Source of the DNA: a virus | Lineage: Duplodnaviria > Caudoviricetes | Reading direction: 5' to 3' (one strand) | Virus record (IMG/VR): IMGVR_UViG_3300028591_000079 | Location: 64,001 to 128,000 of that record | DNA length: 64,000 nucleotides | In this document: in pieces, positions 47,832 through 57,030 of the stretch | How positions within the stretch are numbered: position 1 is the stretch's first letter | How the letters are laid out: each line of letters begins with the position of its first letter | Notes under the pieces: generated by a model | The model's database searches: none | Seen by the model: only the letters and a program-made list of their open reading frames with translations | Told to the model about the DNA's origin: nothing | Position numbers and translations under genes: made by a program

Positions 47832-48419
47832 ATGAGTGTAAGACGTGGAAATGATATTATAGCTGGACTTCCAATTATAGATGGTAGTTTAAATACTTCA
47901 TCACAAAGACCTATTGCAAATGCCCCTGTTGCTTTGGCTATAAATAATTTAAACGACAGAATAGATACAATTGTTGGTGGGGATGTTTATACAAAAACTG
48001 AAGTTGATAATTTGATTGCTGGAGTTTTTGCAAATCTGTATCCCGTTGGAAGTTTATATTTGGGCACCCAAACAACATGCCCACTTACTACACTTATACC
48101 TGGTTCAACTTGGGAATTAGTATCGCAAGATAGAAGTATTCAAGGTGCGAGCACTAATCATGCAGCAGGCACAACAATAGAGGCAGGATTACCTAACATT
48201 ACAGGAATGTTTGCCTTACCTGCAACATATGGGTCAGCCAGTTCCTCAGGTGCATTAATAGCAAGTACTTCAGGAACAACAGGAAGCCCTAATAATATAA
48301 ATAAAGCCGGAGATTTACAAGTTGAGATAAATGCCTCTAATTCATCATCAATATATGGAAACTCAACTACTGTACAACCAGCAGCCTATGTAACAAATAT
48401 TTGGAGAAGAACAGCATAA
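47832..48419 (+). CDS. tail fibre protein, paralogue of 41840-42505
   Basis: MSVRRGNDIIAG; YPVGSLY...EAGLPNITG...IWRRTA. Confidence 0.8.
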   Translation: MSVRRGNDIIAGLPIIDGSLNTSSQRPIANAPVALAINNLNDRIDTIVGGDVYTKTEVDNLIAGVFANLYPVGSLYLGTQTTCPLTTLIPGSTWELVSQDRSIQGASTNHAAGTTIEAGLPNITGMFALPATYGSASSSGALIASTSGTTGSPNNINKAGDLQVEINASNSSSIYGNSTTVQPAAYVTNIWRRTA

Positions 48420-48697
48420 TGAAAACAATAATTCTCTATTCTCCGGTTACCAAGTCTGAATATCTTATATGTTTAGATCAAGTAATACATCTTCATGAAA
48501 TAACAAATAAAAGGTCTAAATATTTTGGTTGTATAAAGATGAGATTTGAAGATGGAAGTACTGAAATATTTAAGGCCAATTACGCAGATGTTATAGAGGC
48601 TTTTGTTGTACATACTTGGTTGGAAAGTGTATGGAACAGTATGGTTTGGTGGATAAAGAGTAAAAATTTGAAAAGAAAAGAGAGCAAAAAGAAATGA
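48419..48697 (+). CDS. hypothetical protein (start MKTII)
   Basis: TAATG overlap. Confidence 0.55.
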   Translation: MKTIILYSPVTKSEYLICLDQVIHLHEITNKRSKYFGCIKMRFEDGSTEIFKANYADVIEAFVVHTWLESVWNSMVWWIKSKNLKRKESKKK

Positions 48698-49674
48698 GTA
48701 TAAAGCAAGGTGGAGTTTTAATTGCAGGCGGCGGCAATGGTGGCGGACAAGCAGTGGTAAACATGGATAATATTACCATTACAAACAACGCCAATAATGA
48801 AATCCAAACTGTAGCAAAAATAAATCAAAATCAAGCTAATGGTGCTGAAGCTTATTTATTTGATTGGTGTGGAACTCTTGCTGAATATAACTCTCAGGCT
48901 ATTGCAACCACACACCCCGAATGGATTTGTTATATTACAGACGACAACTCTGGTTCAGGTGGTGATGAAACAGAACAAATTGTAACAGTAATATATAACA
49001 CAACGCCATATGCAAATATAAAAGCTGCTTATGATGAAGGTAAAATAATACTTTGTGTTTATAATAATGCAATATATTATGCTTCTTATTTTCTTCCTGG
49101 AACAACATCTTATATATATTTTTCTGCAATAAGATTTAGCTCGACAACAATATATGGCATAAGAGTTTCTTCATCTAATGTGTGGGCAACATACACAACA
49201 ACAGTTCAAAGTTACATAGGTGGTGCTGCATCAACAATAACAAGCTCAAATCTAACTACAAACAGAGCTCTTATTAGCAATTCATCTGGTAAAGTAGCAG
49301 TTAGCACAACAACATCTTCAGAATTAGAATTTTTAAGTGGGACAACTTCAAATATTCAAAACCAGCTAGACAATAAAGTTTCTAAAGGGTATGAAATAAT
49401 AGATTTTCAACTTCCAACATCTGCTAATTCTTATATGTGGTATAAAAAATACGCAAACGGATGGGTCGAACAGGGTGGTCTTAGTGCAACTGTTGGAACA
49501 ATAACTTTACCAGTAGAAATGAATAGTATTGAATATTCTCTTGTTGTTACACCAATTGGAACAGGGTCAAACCAAGACGTTCATGCAAATAAAGTAAGCG
49601 CAACCCAAATAGAAATTGGAAATGGTGCTGATTGGAGTATGGATTGGGAAGTAAAAGGCTTAGCGGCACAATAA
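48694..49674 (+). CDS. tail fibre protein with gp53-like C-terminus
   Basis: HPEW module, LSGTTSNIQNQL, WYKKYANGWVEQGG. Confidence 0.8.
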   Translation: MSIKQGGVLIAGGGNGGGQAVVNMDNITITNNANNEIQTVAKINQNQANGAEAYLFDWCGTLAEYNSQAIATTHPEWICYITDDNSGSGGDETEQIVTVIYNTTPYANIKAAYDEGKIILCVYNNAIYYASYFLPGTTSYIYFSAIRFSSTTIYGIRVSSSNVWATYTTTVQSYIGGAASTITSSNLTTNRALISNSSGKVAVSTTTSSELEFLSGTTSNIQNQLDNKVSKGYEIIDFQLPTSANSYMWYKKYANGWVEQGGLSATVGTITLPVEMNSIEYSLVVTPIGTGSNQDVHANKVSATQIEIGNGADWSMDWEVKGLAAQ

Positions 49675-49693
49675 TAATAAAGGAAAGTAAATT

Positions 49694-50137
49694 ATGTTTT
49701 TAGCTTATCAAGGGGATTTAATATCTTTTGTTGCAAACTCTAGAGAAGAAATAGAAAAAATATCACGTATAAAGTTTACAAAAATAGAAGAAACAAATGA
49801 GCCTGTAGAAATGGTGAGTGGTACGTATTATGTTGGAGAAGAAAATATAAAAGAAGCACAAGAAAAAGATGTAAGAAAATATCGCAACCATCTTTTAGAA
49901 ACAGAAATAGACCAAATAGTTTCAAATCCTTTGCGTTGGGCAGATCTCAGTAATTATGATCAGGAAAAATATAAAGAATACAGAAGATATTTATTAGACT
50001 ATACCGAAAAAGAAAATTGGTGGAAATCTAAACCTAAAACTTTTGATGAATATTGTGACGAAGATGAAGAAGTAACATTAGATCTTAGTGGCACCAGTTT
50101 AAGCAATGCAGAACCAGTGGATATAGAAGAAGAATAA
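49694..50137 (+). CDS. tail fibre assembly chaperone
   Basis: VRKYRNHLL...YRRYLLD. Confidence 0.7.
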   Translation: MFLAYQGDLISFVANSREEIEKISRIKFTKIEETNEPVEMVSGTYYVGEENIKEAQEKDVRKYRNHLLETEIDQIVSNPLRWADLSNYDQEKYKEYRRYLLDYTEKENWWKSKPKTFDEYCDEDEEVTLDLSGTSLSNAEPVDIEEE

Positions 50138-50149
50138 AAGGAAAATAAT

Positions 50150-51460
50150 ATGTCAATAAGAAAAGGTACATCAATCATAGCAGGAAATCTAGGACAAAAT
50201 ATAGATGATGCTCTTTCTTTGACTAGTACTAACCCTGTCCAAAATAAAGTAATAACAGAAGAGCTAGAAACAAAACTAGGACAATCTGATATCACAAACT
50301 GCATAACCAAAATTCCACAAGATATAAAATTAGAACTCAATGGTGGTGCACTAATACTAAAATCAGGTTCAAAATTTTATTATCCGAATGGACTAGATGG
50401 AACTACGCCAATTTTCAATTCTTTTACAACAGCATCTGATCTTACCTTAAGCGTTGGCGGAACGGGGTGGACAAACAAAGAACATGCTATACTCGTGCTA
50501 AATGATGGAACCTCTAGTGCTGGTTATGCTTGCCCAGATGATTTATATTCAGGAAGTAATCCTCCAACACTTTCTACTCAATATGCTTGTTGGTATGACA
50601 CTGGTAGCAATATTATAAGAAGAACAACTGATTCTGGATCTACTTGGACTTCTACACCATATTCTTTTCCGATTTGTATAGCTGTAAATACTGGCGGAAA
50701 TTGTGATAGTATATCTCAAATATTCAATGGATTTGGTTATGTTGGTTCAACAGTATTTGCATTACCAGGTGTAGAGGGTCTGATTCCAGATGGTAGAAAT
50801 GAAGATGGAAGTTTGAAAAATATCAGAGTGATCGTAAATAACGTTGTTATAGCAAACACCGATCAAAGGGGTAATGATACAGGATTGCTCAGTATTGACG
50901 GCGAAATAACATTTTGGGATACTGGTTCGTTGTTTACTGATTATTACCCAACCCCTGCTACTGGTTATTGGTGGCTTGTGTATGACACAAAGAAAAATAC
51001 ACTTTTTCAATCAAACGATGGCGGTGCATATTTTGAAGTTAGAAGAACAACATTTGGCAATTGGAGAAAAGAAGGAAATAAAATTACATCACTCATCTCA
51101 AAAATGCCATTCCATGCGGTTGATTACGATGATACAGAGTATATGGCACACCAAGCAATGCCAAGTAATAGGTATATAGATATTACGCCGGGGGCTTCTG
51201 GCACTATTTACAATATGCCGGCAGACGGATATTTAGATGTTGGTGCTACGCACCCTGATAATGCTGACTGGGTGAATATAGGTATTGACGTTTTGGATTC
51301 TAATAATAATTTCTTGTTCAATGTAGGTGGCACATATAATTTGAATAATCAGACATACTGGTTTGTTGTACCTGTGGCAAAAGATTTTAATGTTCGAGTG
51401 TTTAGTAATAGTTTTAGTATCACTAGATTAAGATTTATATATGCCCAAGGTGCTGTATAA
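50150..51460 (+). CDS. tail fibre/receptor-binding protein
   Basis: MSIRKGTSIIAG, STNPVQNKVIT, ITNCITKIPQDIKLEL, AMPS...PADGY. Confidence 0.78.
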   Translation: MSIRKGTSIIAGNLGQNIDDALSLTSTNPVQNKVITEELETKLGQSDITNCITKIPQDIKLELNGGALILKSGSKFYYPNGLDGTTPIFNSFTTASDLTLSVGGTGWTNKEHAILVLNDGTSSAGYACPDDLYSGSNPPTLSTQYACWYDTGSNIIRRTTDSGSTWTSTPYSFPICIAVNTGGNCDSISQIFNGFGYVGSTVFALPGVEGLIPDGRNEDGSLKNIRVIVNNVVIANTDQRGNDTGLLSIDGEITFWDTGSLFTDYYPTPATGYWWLVYDTKKNTLFQSNDGGAYFEVRRTTFGNWRKEGNKITSLISKMPFHAVDYDDTEYMAHQAMPSNRYIDITPGASGTIYNMPADGYLDVGATHPDNADWVNIGIDVLDSNNNFLFNVGGTYNLNNQTYWFVVPVAKDFNVRVFSNSFSITRLRFIYAQGAV

Positions 51461-51464
51461 TTTC

Positions 51465-51497
51465 AAGACTCAACTAAAAAATGGTTGAGTCTTTTTT
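51465..51497 (+). terminator. intrinsic terminator
   Basis: AAGACTCAAC/GTTGAGTCTT + T tract. Confidence 0.8.
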
Positions 51498-51601
51498 ATA
51501 ACCAACGATGAGTTCTATAGAGAGGACAAGGAAAAATCTTCTAATCTAGGCTTCTATTTGGGTCTAGTTTTTATTTTTTAACAGCAGGGAGATTTTTTGA
51601 T

Positions 51602-52564
51602 ATGAAATTATTTACCATTGAAGAACCTATTCGCAAAGGCAAGACTTATCAATATGCAGTATTTTCAGATTTACACATAGGAAGTAAAGAATTCGATGGA
51701 GAATCATTAAAAAGAGATTTAGAAAAGTGTAAAGATAATGATGCAAAAGTAATAATCAACGGCGACACTATGGATTTAATATTGATGCAAGATATAAAAA
51801 GAGCATCTGCATCAAGGATAAAACCAGATGAAGGACAAATTAATCGTTTTATAGAAGAAGCTGCAGAAAATCTAATACCATATGTTTCTCAATTATGTAT
51901 TATAGCTCAAGGTAATCACGAAACTGCAATGATAAAACATCACGGAGTAGATGTATTGGCTTGGTTGATTGATATACTAAACAGAGAAAAGAAAAATGGT
52001 AGAATACAAGAAGGTCATTATCAAAACTTTGTGCGTGTAAATTTTCTTGACCCTAAAAGAGGCTATAAATTAGGGGGAAAATATACAATTTATATGAGTC
52101 ATGGGCAAGGTAATAGCTCTGCTCCAGTTACTAAGGGTATGATTGACTTTAATCGTATCGCTGTAGCAAATGAGGCTGATTTATATCTAATGGGACATAA
52201 ACACAATCACATAGTAACAACAATACCTTCCGCCACAATAAATGAAGATGATGAAATAACTGTGAGAAACAGAATAGCAGTACAAACACCGTCTTATACA
52301 TATCAAATAAATACAGATAAAGATAATGCTTGGATAGATAATTTTTATGGCAAACAATCAGCTCCTGGTTTTGCAAGAATAGAATTAGAACCAAGACTAT
52401 CATCAAAAAAATTTTCTCTCCCTTATGATATACATCCTACAGTTTGGATAGATAGCAATGATTCAAAACCAGAAATGATATTTAATGGTAATGTTGTAAA
52501 AGCTGTAGAAATTCAAAAAGCAAAAGATAAAAAAATAATTGAGCAACTCCAAAGACAAAAATAG
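51602..52564 (+). CDS. calcineurin-like metallophosphoesterase
   Basis: SDLHIG, NGD, GNHE, SHG, GHKH. Confidence 0.9.
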   Translation: MKLFTIEEPIRKGKTYQYAVFSDLHIGSKEFDGESLKRDLEKCKDNDAKVIINGDTMDLILMQDIKRASASRIKPDEGQINRFIEEAAENLIPYVSQLCIIAQGNHETAMIKHHGVDVLAWLIDILNREKKNGRIQEGHYQNFVRVNFLDPKRGYKLGGKYTIYMSHGQGNSSAPVTKGMIDFNRIAVANEADLYLMGHKHNHIVTTIPSATINEDDEITVRNRIAVQTPSYTYQINTDKDNAWIDNFYGKQSAPGFARIELEPRLSSKKFSLPYDIHPTVWIDSNDSKPEMIFNGNVVKAVEIQKAKDKKIIEQLQRQK

Positions 52565-52579
52565 TTCTAATAAATGATA

Positions 52580-52666
52580 TACAAGAAAACCATTGAGAAA
52601 TTCGGGCCTCATAAGTTTTCACGGTCAGTTTCCCATCTATAGCCCGAATCTATAGGTGGGATTTTT
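52580..52666 (+). ncRNA. candidate kissing-loop small RNA
   Basis: two hairpins with 8-nt complementary loops, late box upstream, T tract. Confidence 0.6.
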
Positions 52667-52683
52667 ATAAAAGGAAACAAATA

Positions 52684-53502
52684 ATGAAAAAAATTCATGT
52701 ATTAACTGAAGAAATAAAAGAAATTTTTGATGATCAATTATTTGTGTTTACTGAAACAAACATAAAACTAACAGATTGGTATATACATCATAATGAAGAT
52801 TTTATAAATTATGTGTATGATAGTTTACAAGAATGGAGCAATGGCAATATAGATAATTGGAATATTGACGTTAATAGAGGTATATTTCTAAAAAATAAGT
52901 TTGAAAACACTCCAGATATAGAACTATCTCTTTTTAATGATATGGATTGGGCTGTTTATATGCCAAAAGAAGAAAAAATAATGTTATTTTTGTTGAACAG
53001 AGATTTTAAGATAAACAAAGAATTTATAAAAAGAAAAAATATGGTAAAACTTGTAATATTACATGAACTAACGCATCACTATGATAATATGTTTCTCAAA
53101 GGTAAAGGTATAAATATAGGTAGTAAACGAACAAAAATAAAACATCAAAACAATATAGAAAAAAACGCATACACAAAACAAATAATTCAACAAATGGAGG
53201 AAAATATTGTTGATACTATAAAAAAAATTAAATCAAAAATAATATCCAATGTAGAAACAAATTTTTCAACAATTTTACATTATTCATTAGGTGAAGTATT
53301 AAAAGAAAATCCAGAATTAAATAATTTTATGCAATCTTTAGATGATAAAACACTCAAAAAAGTATACAAAGAAATTGGAGAATATTTTAAAAATCGCATT
53401 GAAAAAGATTATAATTCATATGCATCCTTACCAAGTGCGATTTTTGACAAAATTAATTATAATGATCTACAAAAAACAAAACATAAAAACAGTTCTAAAT
53501 AA
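52684..53502 (+). CDS. zincin-like HEXXH protein
   Basis: ILHELTH...IEKNAY. Confidence 0.65.
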   Translation: MKKIHVLTEEIKEIFDDQLFVFTETNIKLTDWYIHHNEDFINYVYDSLQEWSNGNIDNWNIDVNRGIFLKNKFENTPDIELSLFNDMDWAVYMPKEEKIMLFLLNRDFKINKEFIKRKNMVKLVILHELTHHYDNMFLKGKGINIGSKRTKIKHQNNIEKNAYTKQIIQQMEENIVDTIKKIKSKIISNVETNFSTILHYSLGEVLKENPELNNFMQSLDDKTLKKVYKEIGEYFKNRIEKDYNSYASLPSAIFDKINYNDLQKTKHKNSSK

Positions 53503-53518
53503 GAAAGGAGTATAAAAT

Positions 53519-53833
53519 ATGTTCAAAAGACTATTTAAAAGAAAAAAGAAAGAGGCACAAAATCCGTTAGGTTATCTAAAAAAGAATTACACCAACGAGA
53601 TTACAATTCAAGACATAGACCATAAAGAAGTGCAATTCAAAATAAGAGATGTTGGTAATGATAGAACTTTTCTAATTATTACTGATCTAAAAACAAAAGA
53701 AGAGATGGTGTTTGATTTTGACTCTGCTATTGTTTTGAATGCTATTATTACTGATTATGTTGAAAATGGAAATCTAAATAAAGTAGAAGAAATTTTCAAT
53801 GAGAGTCAAGAAGAAGAACAACAAGGAGAATAA
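53519..53833 (+). CDS. hypothetical protein
   Basis: AAGGAG RBS. Confidence 0.7.
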   Translation: MFKRLFKRKKKEAQNPLGYLKKNYTNEITIQDIDHKEVQFKIRDVGNDRTFLIITDLKTKEEMVFDFDSAIVLNAIITDYVENGNLNKVEEIFNESQEEEQQGE

Positions 53834-53835
53834 TT

Positions 53836-54105
53836 ATGAGTTTAAAAAGTACACTATATAAAATGTTTGAATCAAATGAGGGCGGAAGTCTTTCATGTGC
53901 TAGAGTTATGACTTGGACCTGTGGTGGTATTGGTATGATTTTATTGATTTTACATTTCTTTGGTATTGGACAAAATGTAGATACTGCTTATACCTTATTG
54001 GGTGTAGGTTTTGGTGGAGGTATTACAAAGTCAATTACATCTCAGCCAAGCACAAGAGTACATGTAGATATTGAAGAAGAAGAAAAGGTGGAAACAAATG
54101 AATAA
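53836..54105 (+). CDS. two-TM membrane protein (holin-like)
   Basis: G..S..R motif followed by two hydrophobic segments. Confidence 0.6.
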   Translation: MSLKSTLYKMFESNEGGSLSCARVMTWTCGGIGMILLILHFFGIGQNVDTAYTLLGVGFGGGITKSITSQPSTRVHVDIEEEEKVETNE

Positions 54106-54460
54106 AAAACTAAAAAAATTACTTGAAGAATATTTGGTAGACTCAGATCGCATGGTTGATGAATATTATGATGAGTTTGGTGAATTTATTATTTGTACAG
54201 AATCTTTTACCAAACTAACAACAGTATTGAAAGAAGGTTTGGAGATTTATAACTTAATCATTACAGAAAAACTATACCAAAATGATGAAGATATACAAAA
54301 GCTTATGGGTCTAATCTGTGAAAAAAGCAGTAAATTAGAAATCAATGAAGAAAATGCTAAAAACCTAAACACTAAAAATGCTATTGAGGCTTGGTTGGAT
54401 CTTCAGTCTTATCTTCTTACTCTTGGTGTTATGATTTTAGGTAGTGAAGAAAACGAATAA
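54098..54460 (+). CDS. hypothetical protein
   Basis: overlap with upstream gene. Confidence 0.65.
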   Translation: MNKKLKKLLEEYLVDSDRMVDEYYDEFGEFIICTESFTKLTTVLKEGLEIYNLIITEKLYQNDEDIQKLMGLICEKSSKLEINEENAKNLNTKNAIEAWLDLQSYLLTLGVMILGSEENE

Positions 54461-54522
54461 TTTAATTTTGACTTTATTTTTTCTTCTAGTAATATAATTG
54501 TATCGTAAAAAAGGAGCGATAA

Positions 54523-54915
54523 ATGAAGAAAATATTATTAGGTGCTTTAGGTGCTGTTGTTATTGTTGGTGGTAGTTTGATTGCTTATAATCGCTATGAA
54601 AACAATAAAAGACCAGCGTGCAATAGTGAAGAAACAAATGAAGCGTTGATAGAGTTTGTTGATAAGGAATTTGGAAAAACGACTCTAACAATGGAAGGTT
54701 TTTCTATCAAAGATGTTACACAAAGACCAAGTAAAATCTCTGATAACACCAATGTTTGTACTGCAACTGCTTATATCAAATTTAGTTATTATGGTTATGC
54801 AGTTAGAGATGGTGAAATAAACATAACTTATACTACACAGAAAACATTGAATAATAAAGTAAAAGTAGATATTTATTCTGTTGGTAGTAAGGATCTGAAA
54901 AAACTAAACGACTAA
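54523..54915 (+). CDS. membrane-anchored/periplasmic protein
   Basis: N-terminal TM, two Cys; own sigma70-like promoter near 54468. Confidence 0.7.
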   Translation: MKKILLGALGAVVIVGGSLIAYNRYENNKRPACNSEETNEALIEFVDKEFGKTTLTMEGFSIKDVTQRPSKISDNTNVCTATAYIKFSYYGYAVRDGEINITYTTQKTLNNKVKVDIYSVGSKDLKKLND

Positions 54916-54978
54916 AACATAATTCCTCTTTGTTTTGTTGTATGTTACCCAGTTCTATATAAAAAAGGACTGGGTTTT

Positions 54979-55425
54979 ATGATTAAGCTAAAAACAACAT
55001 TAGGAAAAACAGGTAAAGCAAATTTTAAAAAGACCACAAATTACCTTTCTACACATGACATAACTTCAGAACATCAATTACAAAAAAGTTGCGTGTCTAT
55101 TTTACGGGCTCATAATTTTCTTTGCTTCACAACAGATGTCTTCAATGGTATAAGTTTTATCAAAGATCTAAAATCAAAGGCAATTTATAAACAACATATG
55201 ATAGCTATGGGCGCAACTCCTGGCCAACCAGATTTAATCATTATAGGCAAAGGAAGGGTAACGTTTGTAGAGTTCAAGTTTGGTAAAGGAAAAAAATCAG
55301 TAGAACAAATTTCTCAATGCAATCTTTTAGAATCTATGGGGTATGAAGTTTTAGAGTGGAGAAAATTATCTGATTGTCAAGACTGGATAGTAAAACAATT
55401 GAATTATAAGAAACAGGAAGAATAA
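54979..55425 (+). CDS. VRR-NUC domain nuclease
   Basis: SEHQLQ, GQPDL, FVEFK, SVEQ. Confidence 0.85.
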   Translation: MIKLKTTLGKTGKANFKKTTNYLSTHDITSEHQLQKSCVSILRAHNFLCFTTDVFNGISFIKDLKSKAIYKQHMIAMGATPGQPDLIIIGKGRVTFVEFKFGKGKKSVEQISQCNLLESMGYEVLEWRKLSDCQDWIVKQLNYKKQEE

Positions 55426-55427
55426 AT

Positions 55428-56444
55428 ATGATAGAAAGTGCAAAATCAGAAAGAGATGCATTAGTTGTTGCCGGAAAAATAACTGGCGACATTATCAATA
55501 TTTTGTCCAACTTATGCCAAAATAAAAACACCTCAGATAGACTTATTGAGCTTGAAAAATCAGGCATATGGGTTGATGGTTGTTTTTTTATTGAATTTAC
55601 TTATAAAAATAAAACAATATTACTAAAACTATCAAACAAAGATAATGAAAACGGAGATTATACAACACTAGAATTTAGTTTTGGATATTGTGGCACTAAA
55701 GATATGCCAATTCCAACGGTAAAAATAAAATGTCTAACTGTATCTAATAAAATTCTTGTGTGCGACATTCAAAACATAATAAAAAGAAATACATCACTGT
55801 TACATGAAATTGAACACGCACTATTGAATGAAAAATTACCATCAAAATTACAATTAACACCGCTAAAACTACCAACAACAAATAAAGAATATAAAACATA
55901 TGTAAAAAACCCAAAAGAATTAGATGCATACACAAAACAGATTTTATTGTGGATAGATCAAATATTAAACAATGAAAATATAAATATACAAACTTTTAAA
56001 AACACAACAAATATTCATAATTTTTTAGATTCTCACGGTTTTTATATTCACAGTAAACCAAACAATCAAAATTACAACATACAAACACTAAAATCATTAC
56101 AACAAAATTGGGATGAAAAAAACAATAAAAGAATACTAAATAAAATATATGAACAACTGAAATATTTATCTGAGCTTCATATGCTAAAAAAAGAAGAGTT
56201 GGATGATTTATATGACTATTATCTTTCACTTGGATTACTAAACATGGCAACATTAATCAAAACAGAATCAGAAAAAAGAAAAAACTTAGAAGAAACTACA
56301 CATATAACTTTTATGAAATGTGGTTATGATGAGTTGATAGATGACACTCTCAACGAAGCAATAAACAAACAAAGCACAAACGAAGAATTCTCAAAAACAT
56401 TAAATAAAAAACTAAGAGAATATTTTAGTGATTTTGATATATAA
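55428..56444 (+). CDS. zincin-like HEXXH protein
   Basis: LLHEIEH...NPKELDAY; related to 52684-53502. Confidence 0.65.
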   Translation: MIESAKSERDALVVAGKITGDIINILSNLCQNKNTSDRLIELEKSGIWVDGCFFIEFTYKNKTILLKLSNKDNENGDYTTLEFSFGYCGTKDMPIPTVKIKCLTVSNKILVCDIQNIIKRNTSLLHEIEHALLNEKLPSKLQLTPLKLPTTNKEYKTYVKNPKELDAYTKQILLWIDQILNNENINIQTFKNTTNIHNFLDSHGFYIHSKPNNQNYNIQTLKSLQQNWDEKNNKRILNKIYEQLKYLSELHMLKKEELDDLYDYYLSLGLLNMATLIKTESEKRKNLEETTHITFMKCGYDELIDDTLNEAINKQSTNEEFSKTLNKKLREYFSDFDI

Positions 56445-56459
56445 TATAAGGACTAAAAC

Positions 56460-56987
56460 ATGAAATGGGCACAACTCGTAAAGGGAGCAAATCTAGTACA
56501 AAATAATAACGTAGACCAATCAAATCACGTGTCTGTTACTAATATTGTTTATGCAGCCGGTGTTAAAACTCTTACATTTTATTTTACAATTAGAGGAAGC
56601 AAAGGAAGAAGTTTTGGTGCTATTATAACATTCCTTAGAGTAGAAGAAATAGAAGTGAACTCAAATGAAGAAGCAATGGAAGCGCTATCAAATCGCGAAA
56701 ATATGATGGTAGAAGATGCAGAGGGACATAAACATATAGTAGAAAAACCAAATCTAATGTATAACGATGTCCAATGCAGATGTTCTTGTGAAAGTTTTAG
56801 ATTCTCTTTTGCTTATGCCGATAGAAAAGAAAGAGCTATGGCAGGTGCGAACTTTCCAATATATCACAGAAAGACTCCGTTACCACCACTAGGAAGACCA
56901 AGAAGAAATCCAGAACAAATACCGGGAGTAGACAAACATCTTATAGTCGCAATGGATACTTTAGCTAGAGAAGGTTTAATAATATGA
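56460..56987 (+). CDS. SWIM-like protein
   Basis: CRCSCESF...RNP...GVDKHL. Confidence 0.7.
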   Translation: MKWAQLVKGANLVQNNNVDQSNHVSVTNIVYAAGVKTLTFYFTIRGSKGRSFGAIITFLRVEEIEVNSNEEAMEALSNRENMMVEDAEGHKHIVEKPNLMYNDVQCRCSCESFRFSFAYADRKERAMAGANFPIYHRKTPLPPLGRPRRNPEQIPGVDKHLIVAMDTLAREGLII

Positions 56988-57030
56988 TGATTTTGAGTTC
57001 TAGTCTATATAATTCAAGGTAAAAAATAAA

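Noticed and set aside
39690-51460. Diversity-generating retroelement suggested by Mtd_N-like domains
   Set aside because: No reverse transcriptase in the window and no TR/VR pair with adenine-specific differences seen.
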